This document shows, piece by piece, positions 20,379-30,981 of a stretch of 64,000 nucleotides of DNA (its first letter is position 1; every line of letters begins with the position of its first letter). This DNA comes from Prasinococcaceae sp. CCMP 1430 (lineage: Eukaryota > Plantae > Prasinodermophyta). The DNA lies in assembly GCA_013416795.1 (NCBI GenBank), contig RQSC01001262.1, forward strand, positions 8,585 to 72,584, given 5' to 3'. The notes beneath the pieces are model-generated. The model saw only the letters and a program-made list of their open reading frames with translations, was not told where the DNA came from and did not search any database. Made by a program: the position numbers and the translations under genes.

Positions 20379-21536
20379 ATGCGTCGATCAGCCTTGATCA
20401 CTCAACCAGTCTTGAGTGTGGTGAATGATCACGTGAGTGATTACCCGACCCCTTCGAATTTGACCTATATGTGGGGATTCGGATCTCTTGCAGGAATCTG
20501 CCTTGGGATCCAAATTGCAAGTGGAATCTTCCTTGCAATGCATTATACTCCCCACGTGGACCTTGCCTTTTCGAGCGTTGAGCATATTATGCGAGATGTT
20601 GAAGGAGGGTGGTTCCTCCGGTATCTTCACGCAAATGGAGCCGGAATGTTTTTCATCGTCGTCTATATTCATATTCTTCGAGGACTCTATTATGGGTCTT
20701 ACACAAGTCCACGAGAACTCGTGTGGGTTCTTGGGGTTGTCCTCCTTCTTTTGATGATTTTGACAGCCTTTATTGGGTATGTCTTGCCTTGGGGGCAGAT
20801 GTCTCTGTGGGGAGCAACGGTGATTACCAGCCTTGCATCCGTTATTCCAATTGTAGGAAATGACGTTGTTGTCTGGCTGTGGGGAGGGTTTTCCGTGGAT
20901 AACGCAACCTTGAACCGATTCTTTAGCCTTCACTACCTTCTTCCCTTTGTGATTGCTGGACTTTCTATCCTTCACATTGCAGCCCTTCACCAGTATGGGT
21001 CAAACAACCCTGTGGGAGTTCCCTCACACACAGACAAGCATCCTTTGTACCCTCTTTTCTATGTGAAAGACCTTGTGGCCTGGTTGGTCTTTGCAATTAT
21101 TTTCTCTTGCTTTGTCCATTATGCACCCAACTATTTGGGGCATGCGGATAACTACATTCCAGCAAACCCTTTGAGTACCCCTGCACACATTGTTCCAGAG
21201 TTCTACGTCCTTCCTTTTTACGCTGTTCTTCGGTCTATTCCAGACAAACTTCTTGGGGTTGTGGCAATGATTGCAACCTTTGTCTGCCTCGGACTCATGC
21301 CTTGGCTTCATACAGCATCTGTTCGATCAAACGCCTTCCGACCATTGGCAGCAATGGCGTACTGGTCCTTTGTGGCCACCGCCCTTCTTCTTGGATGGAT
21401 TGGTGCGATGCCTGTCGAGTCCCCCTACCTTGAAATCGGTCAAATTTTGACCTTTTACTTCTTTTTCTACTTCCTTGTGCTGACCCCGGTCCTTGGACGC
21501 CTTGAAAACCTCCTTCTTCGATGGAAGGTTCAATGA
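20379..21536 (+). CDS. cob: Apocytochrome b (in-frame ATGs extend to 20208)
   Basis: [34 protein letters not shown]. Confidence 0.98.
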   Translation: MRRSALITQPVLSVVNDHVSDYPTPSNLTYMWGFGSLAGICLGIQIASGIFLAMHYTPHVDLAFSSVEHIMRDVEGGWFLRYLHANGAGMFFIVVYIHILRGLYYGSYTSPRELVWVLGVVLLLLMILTAFIGYVLPWGQMSLWGATVITSLASVIPIVGNDVVVWLWGGFSVDNATLNRFFSLHYLLPFVIAGLSILHIAALHQYGSNNPVGVPSHTDKHPLYPLFYVKDLVAWLVFAIIFSCFVHYAPNYLGHADNYIPANPLSTPAHIVPEFYVLPFYAVLRSIPDKLLGVVAMIATFVCLGLMPWLHTASVRSNAFRPLAAMAYWSFVATALLLGWIGAMPVESPYLEIGQILTFYFFFYFLVLTPVLGRLENLLLRWKVQ

Positions 21537-21624
21537 AAAAGAAAGGTAGTAGATATATTTTTTATTTATCCTTCAAAGGAAAAGACAGGGAAAAAAGTCT
21601 TTTTTTTGAAAGGATGTTTTTTCT

Positions 21625-21835
21625 GTGTGCGTTCGTCTTTGGGTCGACGACCGTTTTTCTTTTTCAAGAAAAGAAAGACTCTCTCTTCTCTCTTTGTGTG
21701 TGGGTCACCCCACTTCAAAGAAAGGAAGGCGTTGAGTCGTTGAGGAAAGACCACTCTTTCCTGCGGATTGTTCGTTCTGAAGGTTCCCGCATTCTGCCTT
21801 CATCAAAGAAGGTTTCTTCTTTGCCCCGATGTGTG
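21625..21835 (-). mobile_element. 5' piece of split group I intron L2500 with intact catalytic core, no ORF (3' boundary approximate)
   Basis: Follows exon GGCACCU; IGS CAUCGGGGC; P AAUGCGGGAA, Q AAUCCGCAG, R CUCAACGACUC, S AAGAGAGAGUCU; P3 GAAGGC/GCCUUC; 6-bp P7; P8, P9, P9.1 hairpins. Confidence 0.9.
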
Positions 21836-22057
21836 AGGTGCCAAACACTTCCGTCGATTCGAGCTCTCGGGAAGTATAAGCCTGTTATCCCCGGGGTACC
21901 TTTGATCCGTTGAGCGAAGCCCCTTCCACAAGGAAACTCCGGTTCAGTATGATCGACTTTCGTCTCTGCTCGATGTGCCCATCTTACAGTCAAGCAGGCA
22001 TAGGGCATTCTCCCCACTCGCCCGGTTGCCGTCCGGGGTGAGCCTACCTTGCATACA

Positions 22058-22097
<40 letters not shown>

Positions 22098-22388
22098 CTC
22101 CACCATGCACTGTCCACAGGGTGAGAGCGCCGGTGTGTGTGGGTAGTCTCTCACTGATGCGTGTCCTCTAGGCCGCAACCTATGGATACCGCTCCTACCT
22201 AGTCTGCGCACACAGGTCCCGACACTCAATGCAGGGCTTGAGTAAAGGTCCACGGGGTCTTCTCGCCTTACCGTGAGTACCCCGCATCTTCACGGGGACT
22301 TCAATTTCACCGAGTCCATGGTTGAGACAGCTGGCCGGTGGTGACGTGATTCATGCGGGTCGCTACTTATGCGACAAGGAATTTCGCT
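21836..22388 (-). rRNA. rnl: LSU rRNA exon 2 (E. coli ~1932-2500)
   Basis: Starts AGCGAAATTCCTTGTCG; contains GACTGGGGCGG, GGATAACAGGCT; ends GTTTGGCACCT. Confidence 0.95.
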
Positions 22389-22500
22389 CGTTGAATGGAC
22401 GCGCTTTTCCATCTGAAATCTCGACAGTTTTTCCACCGAAAGACTGTCCTCCTTCATTTTCTAAAGGGGCCAATTCCATAAAGGCGGTCTCAAAAAAAAA
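22389..22500 (-). mobile_element. 3' piece of split group I intron L1931 (5' boundary approximate)
   Basis: Omega-G at 22389; AGAUUUCAGAUGG (22409-22421) complements CCACUCUGAAUCU of the 5' piece (P8). Confidence 0.75.
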
Positions 22501-22535
22501 CCGCCCTTGAAAACGGATTTTTCTTGAGAAATCCT

Positions 22536-22664
22536 TGAGCACACACCCTTTCGCTGAAGCTCAGGTATATTCATCCTTTCCCGTACGGTCAACCATGTCT
22601 ATCCTTTCCCATAGGGTCAAGTCTATGTCTTTTTTTCCATATGCTCAAGTATGGACCTCCTTTC
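22536..22664 (-). repeat. 4-5 tandem copies of the ~28-bp repeat pointing toward rnl exon 2
   Basis: Minus strand reads CATACTTGAGCATATGGAAAA / CATAGACTTGACCCTATGGGAAAGG / CATGGTTGACCGTACGGGAAAGG / TATACCTGAGCTTCAGCGAAAGG. Confidence 0.7.
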
Positions 22665-23094
22665 TTAAATAAAAAATTTTATCTCTAAGGGGTCAGAAAA
22701 GTCTGACCAAAGACTTGAGTCTCTTTTTTCTGTGGTGTGTATGATTCAAAAAAAAAAACCTTTCCTTTATGACAAACACATGTTTTCTCGCTCGCAAACA
22801 AGGGAAACCAGACCGGAGAACCCAAAGAAGGAAAGAAGCATCCGCCCCCTCCAAGAAAGCGGTCACTCAAAAGAAGAAAAAACCTCCTGAACCCTCTTCT
22901 TCTTTGGTTTTAATAAGAGTACTATAAAAAACCTGCTGTCTTTCGTTAGCATGTATGATGGAAGACTGAAGGTTTAAGGTTTTCAGTCTTTTTTTTCTTT
23001 CAAAGACTCTTGTGTTTTTTTTACGAATCCTTGAAGATTCAAACAAAACCATTTTGCTTTCTCATTCCGAGTGGAGGGTGGTTTTTTCCCTCTC

Positions 23095-24532
23095 TTTCTG
23101 GTCATCTTCCAAGGGCAGGTTCCCCTACCCTTACCTTGTTACGACTTCACTTCAGTTACTTTTGACAGGGTGGGACAGAGTTCTTTTCTTCCTCGAAAAG
23201 AGAAAAAGAAGGATGTCTGTACTTCACCTGAGAAAAATTTCCAAAGTGTGACGGGCGGTGTGTACAAGGTCCAGGTACGTGTTCACCGCGGCATTCTGAT
23301 CCGCGATTACTCGCAATTCCTCCTTCACGAGGGCGAGTTGCAGCCCCCGATCCGAACTAAGGAAGCCTTTGAGGGTTCTCTCAAGGTTTCCCTTTCGATC
23401 ACCTATTGAAGCTTCCATTGTAGCACAGGTGCAGCCCAACCCATAACGACCATAAGGACTTGACGTCATCCGCGCCTTCCTCCCCCTTCTCGAGGGCAGT
23501 CTTTTCAGTCAGAAAGAATCTGAAAAGGCGGGTTTCGCTCGTTTCTGAAATGAATCATAGGACACAAATCACGAACTGACGACAGCCATGCAGTACGCCT
23601 CATCACCAGAACTGGTGTGATGGAAGGGTTGGTAAGGTTTTGCGCGTATCATCGCATTAAGCCCCATGCTCCACTGCTTGTGTGGACCCCCGTCAATTCC
23701 TTTGAGTTTCAGCGCTGCCGCCGTACTCCCCAGGCGGTGCTCTCCGGCGTACACCTTGATCCCTAAGAATTTTTCAACCCTTAGATGGAGCACAACGTTT
23801 TCAGCTGTGGACTACGAGGGTCTCTAATCCTCTTCGCTCCCCACGCTTTCGTGCGTCAGCGTCGGTGCTGGGCCAGAAAACAGCCTTCGCCCATTGGCCT
23901 TCGACTCGAGATCACTGCATTGCACCGCTTCCTCGAGCCTTCCGTTTTCCTCTCCCAGACCCATGAGTGTGCCTTTCACCGAGCCTTTCCTCGATTCTTC
24001 CAGGGCTTTAACCCGATGAGTGCACCTCCGCCTAGACACCCTTCACGCCCAGTCATTCCGATGAACACTCGCCCCCTTCGTATTACCGCGGCTGCTGGCA
24101 CGAAGTTTGCCGGGGCTTCTCTTTTTTTCCTTCATCATAGGAGAAAGTCTTGAAGTTTACAACAGTGCGCTGTCAACCTCCTTCACGCGGTGTCGCTGCA
24201 TCAGGGTTTCCCCCAGTGTGCAAGATTCTTCACTGCTGCCCTGATTTCAGGTCTGAGCCCTTTTCAGTTCCAGTGTGGCTGATCATACTCTCATACCAGC
24301 GACGGATCATCGGCTAGGATGGGCACAAACCACCTACGACCTAATCCGAAACAGGACCCTCCAAAGGCGGATGCTTCCTTTCCAAACATTCGGGGGACTC
24401 TCTCCCTTGGTTTTTCCTTTGGGTAGTCTTCCTGTCTATTACTCACCCGGACGCCCTGAGCATTGCCCAGTCGACTTGCATGTGTTAGACGCACCGCCAG
24501 CGTTCCATCTGGGCCAGGATCAAACCCGTCCT
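23095..24532 (-). rRNA. rns: SSU rRNA
   Basis: 5' GTTTGATCCTGGC, GTGCCAGCAGCCGCGGTAA, GGAATTGACGG, GTACACACCGCCCGTC, AAGTCGTAACAAGG; ends approximate. Confidence 0.97.
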
Positions 24533-24593
24533 TTCACGAATAGTTCTTTTTTCTGGTTTTTTCTCTTTTCTCCTGTGGTCGGAGAAGAAAGAA

Positions 24594-24715
24594 AGATTCA
24601 GAGTGGACCACATAGAGTCTCTGAGGATCCTACTAGACCTTAAAGGGTCGTTGGTGTCCTGCGGGTGAAGATTCTTTCCCGCATAGAGTGGTCTGTTCGA
24701 AGGCAGCTTTGGTGT
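24594..24715 (-). mobile_element. 5' piece of split group I intron L1931, no ORF (3' boundary approximate)
   Basis: Follows exon CUAAGGU; IGS GCUGCCUU (P1 with U-G, P10 with 3' exon AGC); P4 UGCGG/CCGCA; R CUCAGAGACUC; P3 GACCAC/GUGGUC. Confidence 0.88.
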
Positions 24716-26562
24716 ACCTTAGTACTGTCAGTGATACAGCAGCCATTGGCCCGGTTTTCGATTTCCGGCAAACACCGGTCCTGTACAACGACGGGCATTG
24801 GGCACACGTCAGTCCCTATACGTCGTCTTTCGACTTTGCAGAGACCTGTGGTTTTAATAACCAGTCCCCGGCCACATTTTTCTGCGACTCCAGTCAGACT
24901 GGAGCCCTCCTTCTTGCGAACGTACGGAGTGAATTTGCCGAGTTCCTTAACCATGGGTCTCTCGACGCCTGAGTCTGTTCGACCCGCGCACCAGTGTCGG
25001 TTTAGGTACGGATACAGGGTTTTTGAACTTTTCCTGGACCTTCTTTTCTCAGACCTTTCTTCCCAAAGAAAAAACCTCAAAGAAAGAAAGCCGTCCTTCA
25101 AAAACATCCTCCATCAAAGTGAGACTTCTCTCATCTTCTTAGGATCCGTGTCTTCCACAGATGGTCAACAGTGCTGTGGAACCCGTGCGCATACGGCGAC
25201 GGGGATTGGCTCCCCGAGCCTCGTTACTCATGTCAGCATGCTCACTCCCGAGTCCTCCAGAAAAAGTATCCTTTTTCCTTCAAAGGAACACAGGACGCTC
25301 CGCTACCAGAACGAATCGTTCTCCGTCGTTTCGGTGGTGCCCTTCAGTCCCGAGTATGGTCGGCGCCAAAAAACTCATTCAGTGCGCTGGTACGCGATCA
25401 TCATAGAACGGCTGCTTCCAAGCCCATCTCCTGAATGTCTCTGTTTTCTGACTTCCTTGCGCACTCAGGGCACACTTTGGGACCTTAACGGACGGTCTGG
25501 GCTCTTCCCCTCTCGACCCTGGACCTTCGCGCCCAGAGTCTGTACAGATACCCACCCTTTGTCGGCCTTCGGAGTTTTCTTGGACTTCGTAAAGGTTTGG
25601 GCTCCCGTCATCCAACAAGTGCTCTACCTCCGAAAAGGAGTCTGGGTCTAGTCTACCTACATAGATTTCGCGGAGAACCAGCTATCACCAGGCTTGGTAA
25701 GCCTTTCACTCCTTTCCACCCCTCATCCGAGAATTTTGCCACATTCACCGGTTCGGTCCTCCATCGAAAGACTTTCGACTTCAACCTGGAGATGGAAAGC
25801 TCGCCTGGCTTCGGGTCGTACACCCCCTATACACAGAAAAGAAAGAAAAAACCCTTATCGCATACGCTCAAGAGAAAATCCTTTCTTTGAAAACCAAGAA
25901 AGAAGCCTTTGTAAACTCGGGTTTCCTCCTGCCTCCACCTTTGGGCTCAAGCCTTGGTTTTTTTTTGTACAGGTGAATCTACACTCGCTGACCCATTATG
26001 CAAAAGGTACGCCGTCACCATGTCTGGCTCCGACCGTTTGATGTGCACCAGGATTCAGGTTCTTTTCAAGTCCTCATTCTTCGGAAGAAGTCTTCCGGAT
26101 CGGTTCTTTTCACCCTTCCCTCACGGTACATCCTGCGCTATCGGTTCTTCTAGGTATCCAACCTTCAGAGGGTGGTCCCCCTGTCTTCCATCGGTGTGAT
26201 CCGATGTACTCATTCTTTTCTCTGTCGACCCAGTCTTTCCTGTACAGGGCTTTCACCTTCTTTGGCCCGGGATTCCACCACGGTTCAAGAAAAGAAGAAG
26301 GTCGACCTTCTTTGGGGTTTTTCACCAAAAAAAGAGAGGTTTGGTCCGGGGTCGATCACATCTACTGCCGGAGTCTCGGTTGATCAGTCTTCCTCGGGGT
26401 ACTGAGATGTTTCACTTCCCCCGGTGTTTGTTCTGTCTGAGCTTGTGCTCTTGGGAAATCAAAACTTTGTCGCGGTGTGCTAAAGTTTTGCCTTTCGTTT
26501 TGGTGTACGTCCCTTTCCTAGAAGACCAGGGCATCCCCCTGGTGCATCCTCTCTCTCTACGA
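24716..26562 (-). rRNA. rnl: LSU rRNA exon 1 (5' end to E. coli ~1931)
   Basis: GGATGCCCTGG near 5' end, GAAACATCTCAGTACC, GTACCTTTTGCATAATGG, GAACTCGGCAAA; 5' end approximate. Confidence 0.95.
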
Positions 26563-26585
26563 TTCCACGAATACTTTTTCAGCGG

Positions 26586-26658
26586 TAGCAGCGGTGGGGA
26601 TCGAACCCACGGCCCTAGGAGTATGAATCCTATGCTCGTACCACTGAGCTACACTGCC
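26586..26658 (-). tRNA. tRNA with CAT anticodon (elongator Met or lysidine Ile)
   Basis: Anticodon arm TAGGA-TTCATAC-TCCTA; A73; identity not decidable by eye. Confidence 0.85.
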
Positions 26659-26668
26659 AAAGTGGAAA

Positions 26669-26776
26669 GCCCTCCATCGCGGTCCCAGTCTTCCGGTACA
26701 GCGAACCTTCAGAAAAAGACGGGTCGAAAAAGGATCGTGTAGGTTTTTCTGAATGCACTGACTTCCCTAGAGGCGG
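26669..26776 (-). rRNA. rrn5: Probable divergent 5S rRNA
   Basis: CACGATCCTTTTTCGACC resembles the 5S loop-C motif CGATCCCATTCCGA; TGTAC...TGGGACC 3' motif; terminal CCUCUA/UGGAGG helix; ~108 nt; upstream of rnl. Confidence 0.55.
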
Positions 26777-26915
26777 TCTATGAAGATCTTTCTTTTGTTT
26801 TTCTGTCTGCGACCGGTTTAATGGTGACACTTTGTCCGGTCTCTTGAAAGGATTCTTTCTCTTTCGCTTTTTTCTTTAAAAAAGTCCGGTTTTGATGCTC
26901 ATCCTGTACACACTT

Positions 26916-27671
26916 ATGGTTTTCAGTCCTTTGGAACAGTTCGCCATCATTCGACTTCTCACCCTTCGGGTTGGAGGGCTCGATCTTTCCATCACAAACT
27001 CCTTCCTCATGACCGTTTTGGGGTTGAGTCTGCTTTTGGGTGCCTATGTTTACACCCTTCAAGGAACAGGAGGAAAGCTTGTTCCGACCTACACCCAGGT
27101 CTGTGTGGAGTCTCAGTATACCTTTATCAAAGGGTTGGTTGGAGACCAACTTGGAAAGGAAGGGTATCCCTACCTTTCTCTTATCTATGTGGTCTTTACC
27201 TTGATTCTGGGATGTAACCTTATCGGAATGGTTCCCTATTCCTTTACACCGACCTCCCACTTTATCTTTACCCTTGGATTGTCCCTTTCCCTCTTTATTG
27301 GGCTTGTGATTATTGGGTTCTCACGCCATGGGCTTCACTTCTTTAGCCTCCTTCTTCCTGCAGGAACCCCTCTTGGACTTGCACCCTTCCTTGTTCTTCT
27401 TGAACTGATTTCCTATGTCTTTAAGGTGATCAGTCTTGGGGTTCGACTCGCAGCAAACATGCTTGCGGGACACTGTCTTTTGAAGATTCTTGCTGGGTTT
27501 GTATGGACTATGGTTCTGAGTGGGTCACCTTTGCTTATGCTTGCGGGAAGTCTTCCCTTTGGAGCCATTGTTATCTTGACCGGAGTGGAATTCGGAATTG
27601 CAGGGATTCAGGCATACGTGTTTACTATGCTTTTCTGTATCTACCTTCAAGAGGCTTTGAACCTTCACTGA
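26916..27671 (+). CDS. atp6: ATP synthase subunit 6 (alternative ATG 26895)
   Basis: SPLEQF, NLIGMVPYSFTPTSH, SLGVRLAANMLAGH, IQAYVF. Confidence 0.97.
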   Translation: MVFSPLEQFAIIRLLTLRVGGLDLSITNSFLMTVLGLSLLLGAYVYTLQGTGGKLVPTYTQVCVESQYTFIKGLVGDQLGKEGYPYLSLIYVVFTLILGCNLIGMVPYSFTPTSHFIFTLGLSLSLFIGLVIIGFSRHGLHFFSLLLPAGTPLGLAPFLVLLELISYVFKVISLGVRLAANMLAGHCLLKILAGFVWTMVLSGSPLLMLAGSLPFGAIVILTGVEFGIAGIQAYVFTMLFCIYLQEALNLH

Positions 27672-27680
27672 GGATAGAAC

Positions 27681-27753
27681 GCGCCTATAGCTCAATGGAT
27701 AGGGCGTCGCACTTCGGATGCGAAGATTGAGGGTTCGAGTCCTTCTAGGCGTA
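27681..27753 (+). tRNA. trnR: tRNA-Arg(TCG)
   Basis: Anticodon arm TCGCA-CTTCGGA-TGCGA; the only Arg tRNA found. Confidence 0.92.
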
Positions 27754-27808
27754 GACTCCTTTCCTTTTCCCAGACCCTCAAGTGTGTGCACCCTTTTCCC
27801 AGCCTTTG

Positions 27809-27881
27809 GAGCCTGTAGCTCAGTCGGGAGAGCGCACCCTTGATAAGGGTGAGGTCCGTTGTTCGAACCAACGTAGGCTCA
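27809..27881 (+). tRNA. trnI: tRNA-Ile(GAT)
   Basis: Anticodon arm CACCC-TTGATAA-GGGTG. Confidence 0.92.
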
Positions 27882-27886
27882 GATTT

Positions 27887-27958
27887 GGAAGGATAGTTTC
27901 AATGGTAAAATGGCGGTCTCCAAAACCGGCGTTGGGGGTTCGAGCCCCTCTCCTTCTG
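27887..27958 (+). tRNA. trnW: tRNA-Trp(CCA)
   Basis: Anticodon loop CTCCAAA; consistent with TGA remaining a stop. Confidence 0.9.
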
Positions 27959-28003
27959 AAGAAGGTTCTCAGAAAGAAACCCGTCATCTGACCGAGAAAG
28001 AAG

Positions 28004-28075
28004 GCTCCCTTCGTCTAGGGGTAAGGACATAACCTTTTCGAGGTTGAAACACGGGTTCGAATCCCGTAGGGAGCA
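28004..28075 (+). tRNA. trnE: tRNA-Glu(TTC)
   Basis: Acceptor GCTCCCT/AGGGAGC; anticodon loop TTTTCGA. Confidence 0.92.
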
Positions 28076-28209
28076 GGAAAGAAAGGAAGTCTTTCTTTTT
28101 TCAGACTCTTTTTTCTGAAAAACTCAGTCTTTTTTCTTGTGTTTCCCTTTCTTTTTCTTTTGTACAGAAAGAAAGCTTCCACCAGTCTCCTTTTTCTTTC
28201 TTTGACTGA

Positions 28210-29202
28210 ATGACACTTCTTACCTTTGTCTTCCAACTTACCCAGATTCTTGGTCTTCTTCTTCCTTTGTTGATTGCGGTTGCCTACCTTACCCTTGCAG
28301 AGCGAAAGATTATGGGGGCCATGCAACGACGAAAGGGGCCGGATGTGGTTGGTCTCTGGGGGCTTTTCCAGCCCCTTGCGGATGCTTTGAAGCTTCTTGT
28401 GAAAGAGGCTGCCCTTCCTACCCTTTCAGATATTCACCTTTTTGTTGCCGCCCCAGTCCTTACCTTTATTTTTGCAATGATGGGGTGGGCTGCTCTTCCT
28501 CTTTCAGAGGATGCTGTTCTTGTGGACCTTGATCTTGGAATTTTGTATATTTTTGCAACAGGGTCTTTGGGGGTGTATGGAATCATTATTGCAGGGTGGG
28601 CATCGAACTCAAAGTATGCCTTTCTTGGAGCCCTCCGATCGACCGCACAGATGGTTTCCTATGAGGTTTCTATTGGACTTATTTTGATTTCCGTCCTTCT
28701 CTGTACAGGGTCTCTTCAAATTGCTTCTATTGTGAAAGCCCAGGAGGAAGTCTGGCTTGTCCTCCCTCTCTTCCCTATTGCTCTTCTTTTCTTCATTTCT
28801 TGTCTTGCGGAAACGAATCGAGCACCCTTTGACCTTCCAGAAGCGGAGGCGGAGTTGGTTGCAGGGTACAACGTTGAATACGGGTCTATGGGGTTTGCCC
28901 TCTTCTTTCTTGGAGAGTATGCAAACATGATTCTCATGTCTGCCCTTCTTGTCCTTCTCTTCCTTGGTGGGTGGCACCCTCCTCTTATGGTCTTTCCTTT
29001 GACCATGATTCCTGGAGGGTTCTGGTATGCAGTCAAAACCCTCTTCCTTCTTCTTGGGTATATTTGGGTTCGAGCCAGTCTTCCTCGATACCGATATGAC
29101 CAACTTATGGCCCTTGGGTGGAAGGTCTTCCTCCCTCTTTCCCTTGGATGGGTCTGTATGTTGAGTGGTCTTCTTCTTGGATTGAACGCTCTTCCAATGT
29201 AA
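28210..29202 (+). CDS. nad1: NADH dehydrogenase subunit 1 (IR copy 1)
   Basis: [37 protein letters not shown]. Confidence 0.98.
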   Translation: MTLLTFVFQLTQILGLLLPLLIAVAYLTLAERKIMGAMQRRKGPDVVGLWGLFQPLADALKLLVKEAALPTLSDIHLFVAAPVLTFIFAMMGWAALPLSEDAVLVDLDLGILYIFATGSLGVYGIIIAGWASNSKYAFLGALRSTAQMVSYEVSIGLILISVLLCTGSLQIASIVKAQEEVWLVLPLFPIALLFFISCLAETNRAPFDLPEAEAELVAGYNVEYGSMGFALFFLGEYANMILMSALLVLLFLGGWHPPLMVFPLTMIPGGFWYAVKTLFLLLGYIWVRASLPRYRYDQLMALGWKVFLPLSLGWVCMLSGLLLGLNALPM

Positions 29203-29288
29203 ACCTTTCTTTTCCCATATGGTCAAATATGTGTCTTTTTTCCCATACGGTCAAAGAAAGAGAGGGTTTCTTTCAAAGACTGAGACAC

Positions 29289-29361
29289 GGCAGCATGGGC
29301 CAATTGGAAGGCTGCGAGGCTCATGACCTCGAGTGTCCTGGTTCGAATCCAGGTGCTGCTC
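29289..29361 (+). tRNA. trnM: tRNA-Met(CAT), initiator-like anticodon stem
   Basis: Anticodon arm CGAGG-CTCATGA-CCTCG; T-arm CCTGG-TTCGAAT-CCAGG. Confidence 0.85.
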
Positions 29362-29396
29362 TCACCTTCACCCTAGACCACCCACAGATTTTTTGT

Positions 29397-30035
29397 ATGA
29401 CTACGGTACTCTTCTATTTCCTTGGCCTTATCGGTCTTGTCTCAGCATTTTCAGTTGTCTGGGCACACAACCCTGTGCATTCCGTCCTTGCGCTGGTTGC
29501 TGCTTTCGCTGGAGGTGGATGTATCTGTCTTTTGATGGACCTTGACTTTTTTGGACTTACGCTTTTGGTTGTCTATGTAGGAGCAATTAGTGTTCTCTTT
29601 CTTTTTGTTATTATGATGTTGAATTTGAAAGAAGAAAGCATCAGTTTGAAAACAGCACCCTCTCTTCTTCTCGGATTGACTTTTATTGCTTTGTTTTACT
29701 ACATTCTTCACTCTGCCCTTATGCCAACCTTTCCAACTCCAGGAAGCCTTCCCCCTTTGGGCGGGCATATCGGGCCGGACCCACTCGGGTTGATTAACCT
29801 TCTTCCAGAAATTGAAGACCAAACAACCTTGGTCACTGTGGGAATTCAACTCTTCGGGGCAAAGATTGCGGAAGTTATGATTGCAAGTGGTATTCTTTTG
29901 GTAGCTATGGTAGGGGCTATTCACCTTACTCTTGAAAAGAATGCACACACAAAAACGCAAAACCCAGTCTCTCAGATGTTGCGAGATGCGAGTCGATCCA
30001 CTGTCAAGTATGCATATAAACCTTCTCAAGACTGA
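29397..30035 (+). CDS. nad6: NADH dehydrogenase subunit 6
   Basis: HNPVHSVL, LVVYVGAISVLFLFVIMML, LLVAMVGAI.LT. Confidence 0.96.
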   Translation: MTTVLFYFLGLIGLVSAFSVVWAHNPVHSVLALVAAFAGGGCICLLMDLDFFGLTLLVVYVGAISVLFLFVIMMLNLKEESISLKTAPSLLLGLTFIALFYYILHSALMPTFPTPGSLPPLGGHIGPDPLGLINLLPEIEDQTTLVTVGIQLFGAKIAEVMIASGILLVAMVGAIHLTLEKNAHTKTQNPVSQMLRDASRSTVKYAYKPSQD

Positions 30036-30177
30036 TCTCTCTTGAAAAGGAAATAATTAATTTTTTATTTATATTTCAGGGTCGGTTGGCTTTCCAAGAA
30101 AACCTTTTTTGTTGACCCGAAAAAAGAGAGTGAAAAGAGAAAGTCTTTGGTTTTCTTTGAAAAAAAGACCAATCTTT

Positions 30178-30981
30178 TCAGAGTCCACCCCACCAGTAAA
30201 TACTTACAAAAAGGAAGAGCCAGACAACATCGACGAAGTGCCAATACCATGCTGCGGCTTCAAACCCAAAGTGGTGTCGGGGAGTCATGTGGCCTTGAAG
30301 CTCTCGCCACATACAAACCCCAAGGAAGATAGACCCAATACACACGTGAAATCCGTGGAACCCTGTTGCAAGGAAGAAGACAGACCCGTACACCGAATCA
30401 GACATTGAAAAGGTTGCTTCCATATACTCAAGAGACTGAAGCATAGTAAAGATTGCTCCGAGTGCAAGAGTGTAAGTCAGTCCGTCTTGGGTGTTTTCGT
30501 GATCGTTATTCACAAGGGCATGGTGTGCCCAAGTGACAGAAGCCCCAGAGGTCAAAAGAATCAAGGTGTTCAAAAAGGGAACACCCCAAGGATCCAAAAC
30601 CTCGATTCCTTTTGGAGGCCACATAGCTCCAATTTCTACAGTGGGAGCAAGGCTTGAATGGAAGAAAGCCCAGAAAAAGGCCAAGAAAAACATAACCTCA
30701 CTCACGATGAAAAGAAGCATTCCCCATCGAAGGCCGGCTTGGACAGTCATAGTATGGTGGCCTTCGTAGGTTGACTCACGAACAATATCTCGCCACCATA
30801 CGTACATCACGTACAGAATGATTGCGAATCCGATGAAGAAAAGGTTTGATCCTCCCTCAAACCCGTGCATAGAAAGCACGGCTCCAATGGTGAGACACAA
30901 AGCTCCAAGAGAGGCAAAAAAGGGCCACGGACTTGGGTCCACCAGGTGGTAAGGGTGACGTTGCACTGAAGTTGATGCCAT
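30178..30981 (-). CDS. cox3: Cytochrome c oxidase subunit 3
   Basis: [33 protein letters not shown]. Confidence 0.98.
   Translation of the reverse strand: MASTSVQRHPYHLVDPSPWPFFASLGALCLTIGAVLSMHGFEGGSNLFFIGFAIILYVMYVWWRDIVRESTYEGHHTMTVQAGLRWGMLLFIVSEVMFFLAFFWAFFHSSLAPTVEIGAMWPPKGIEVLDPWGVPFLNTLILLTSGASVTWAHHALVNNDHENTQDGLTYTLALGAIFTMLQSLEYMEATFSMSDSVYGSVFFLATGFHGFHVCIGSIFLGVCMWRELQGHMTPRHHFGFEAAAWYWHFVDVVWLFLFVSIYWWGGL

Larger units (their letters stand above)
28061..29395. repeat. Inverted-repeat segment; partner 37727-39061
   Basis: Reverse-complement pairs sum to 67122; boundary at 29395/37727, just before the nad6 ATG. Confidence 0.95.

Noticed and set aside
21540-24715. Homing-endonuclease or maturase ORFs in the rnl intron pieces
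   Set aside because: No LAGLIDADG or GIY-YIG ORF; ORF-track hits here are rRNA antisense or noise
27887-27958. TGA = Trp code
   Set aside because: trnW has anticodon CCA, conserved Trp are TGG, and most genes end in TGA
29118-29396. Shared ~93-aa N-terminal extension on the nad6 and nad5 ORFs in the ORF track
   Set aside because: Comes from the inverted repeat (nad1 3' end, repeat array and trnM); real starts are ATG 29397 and 37671
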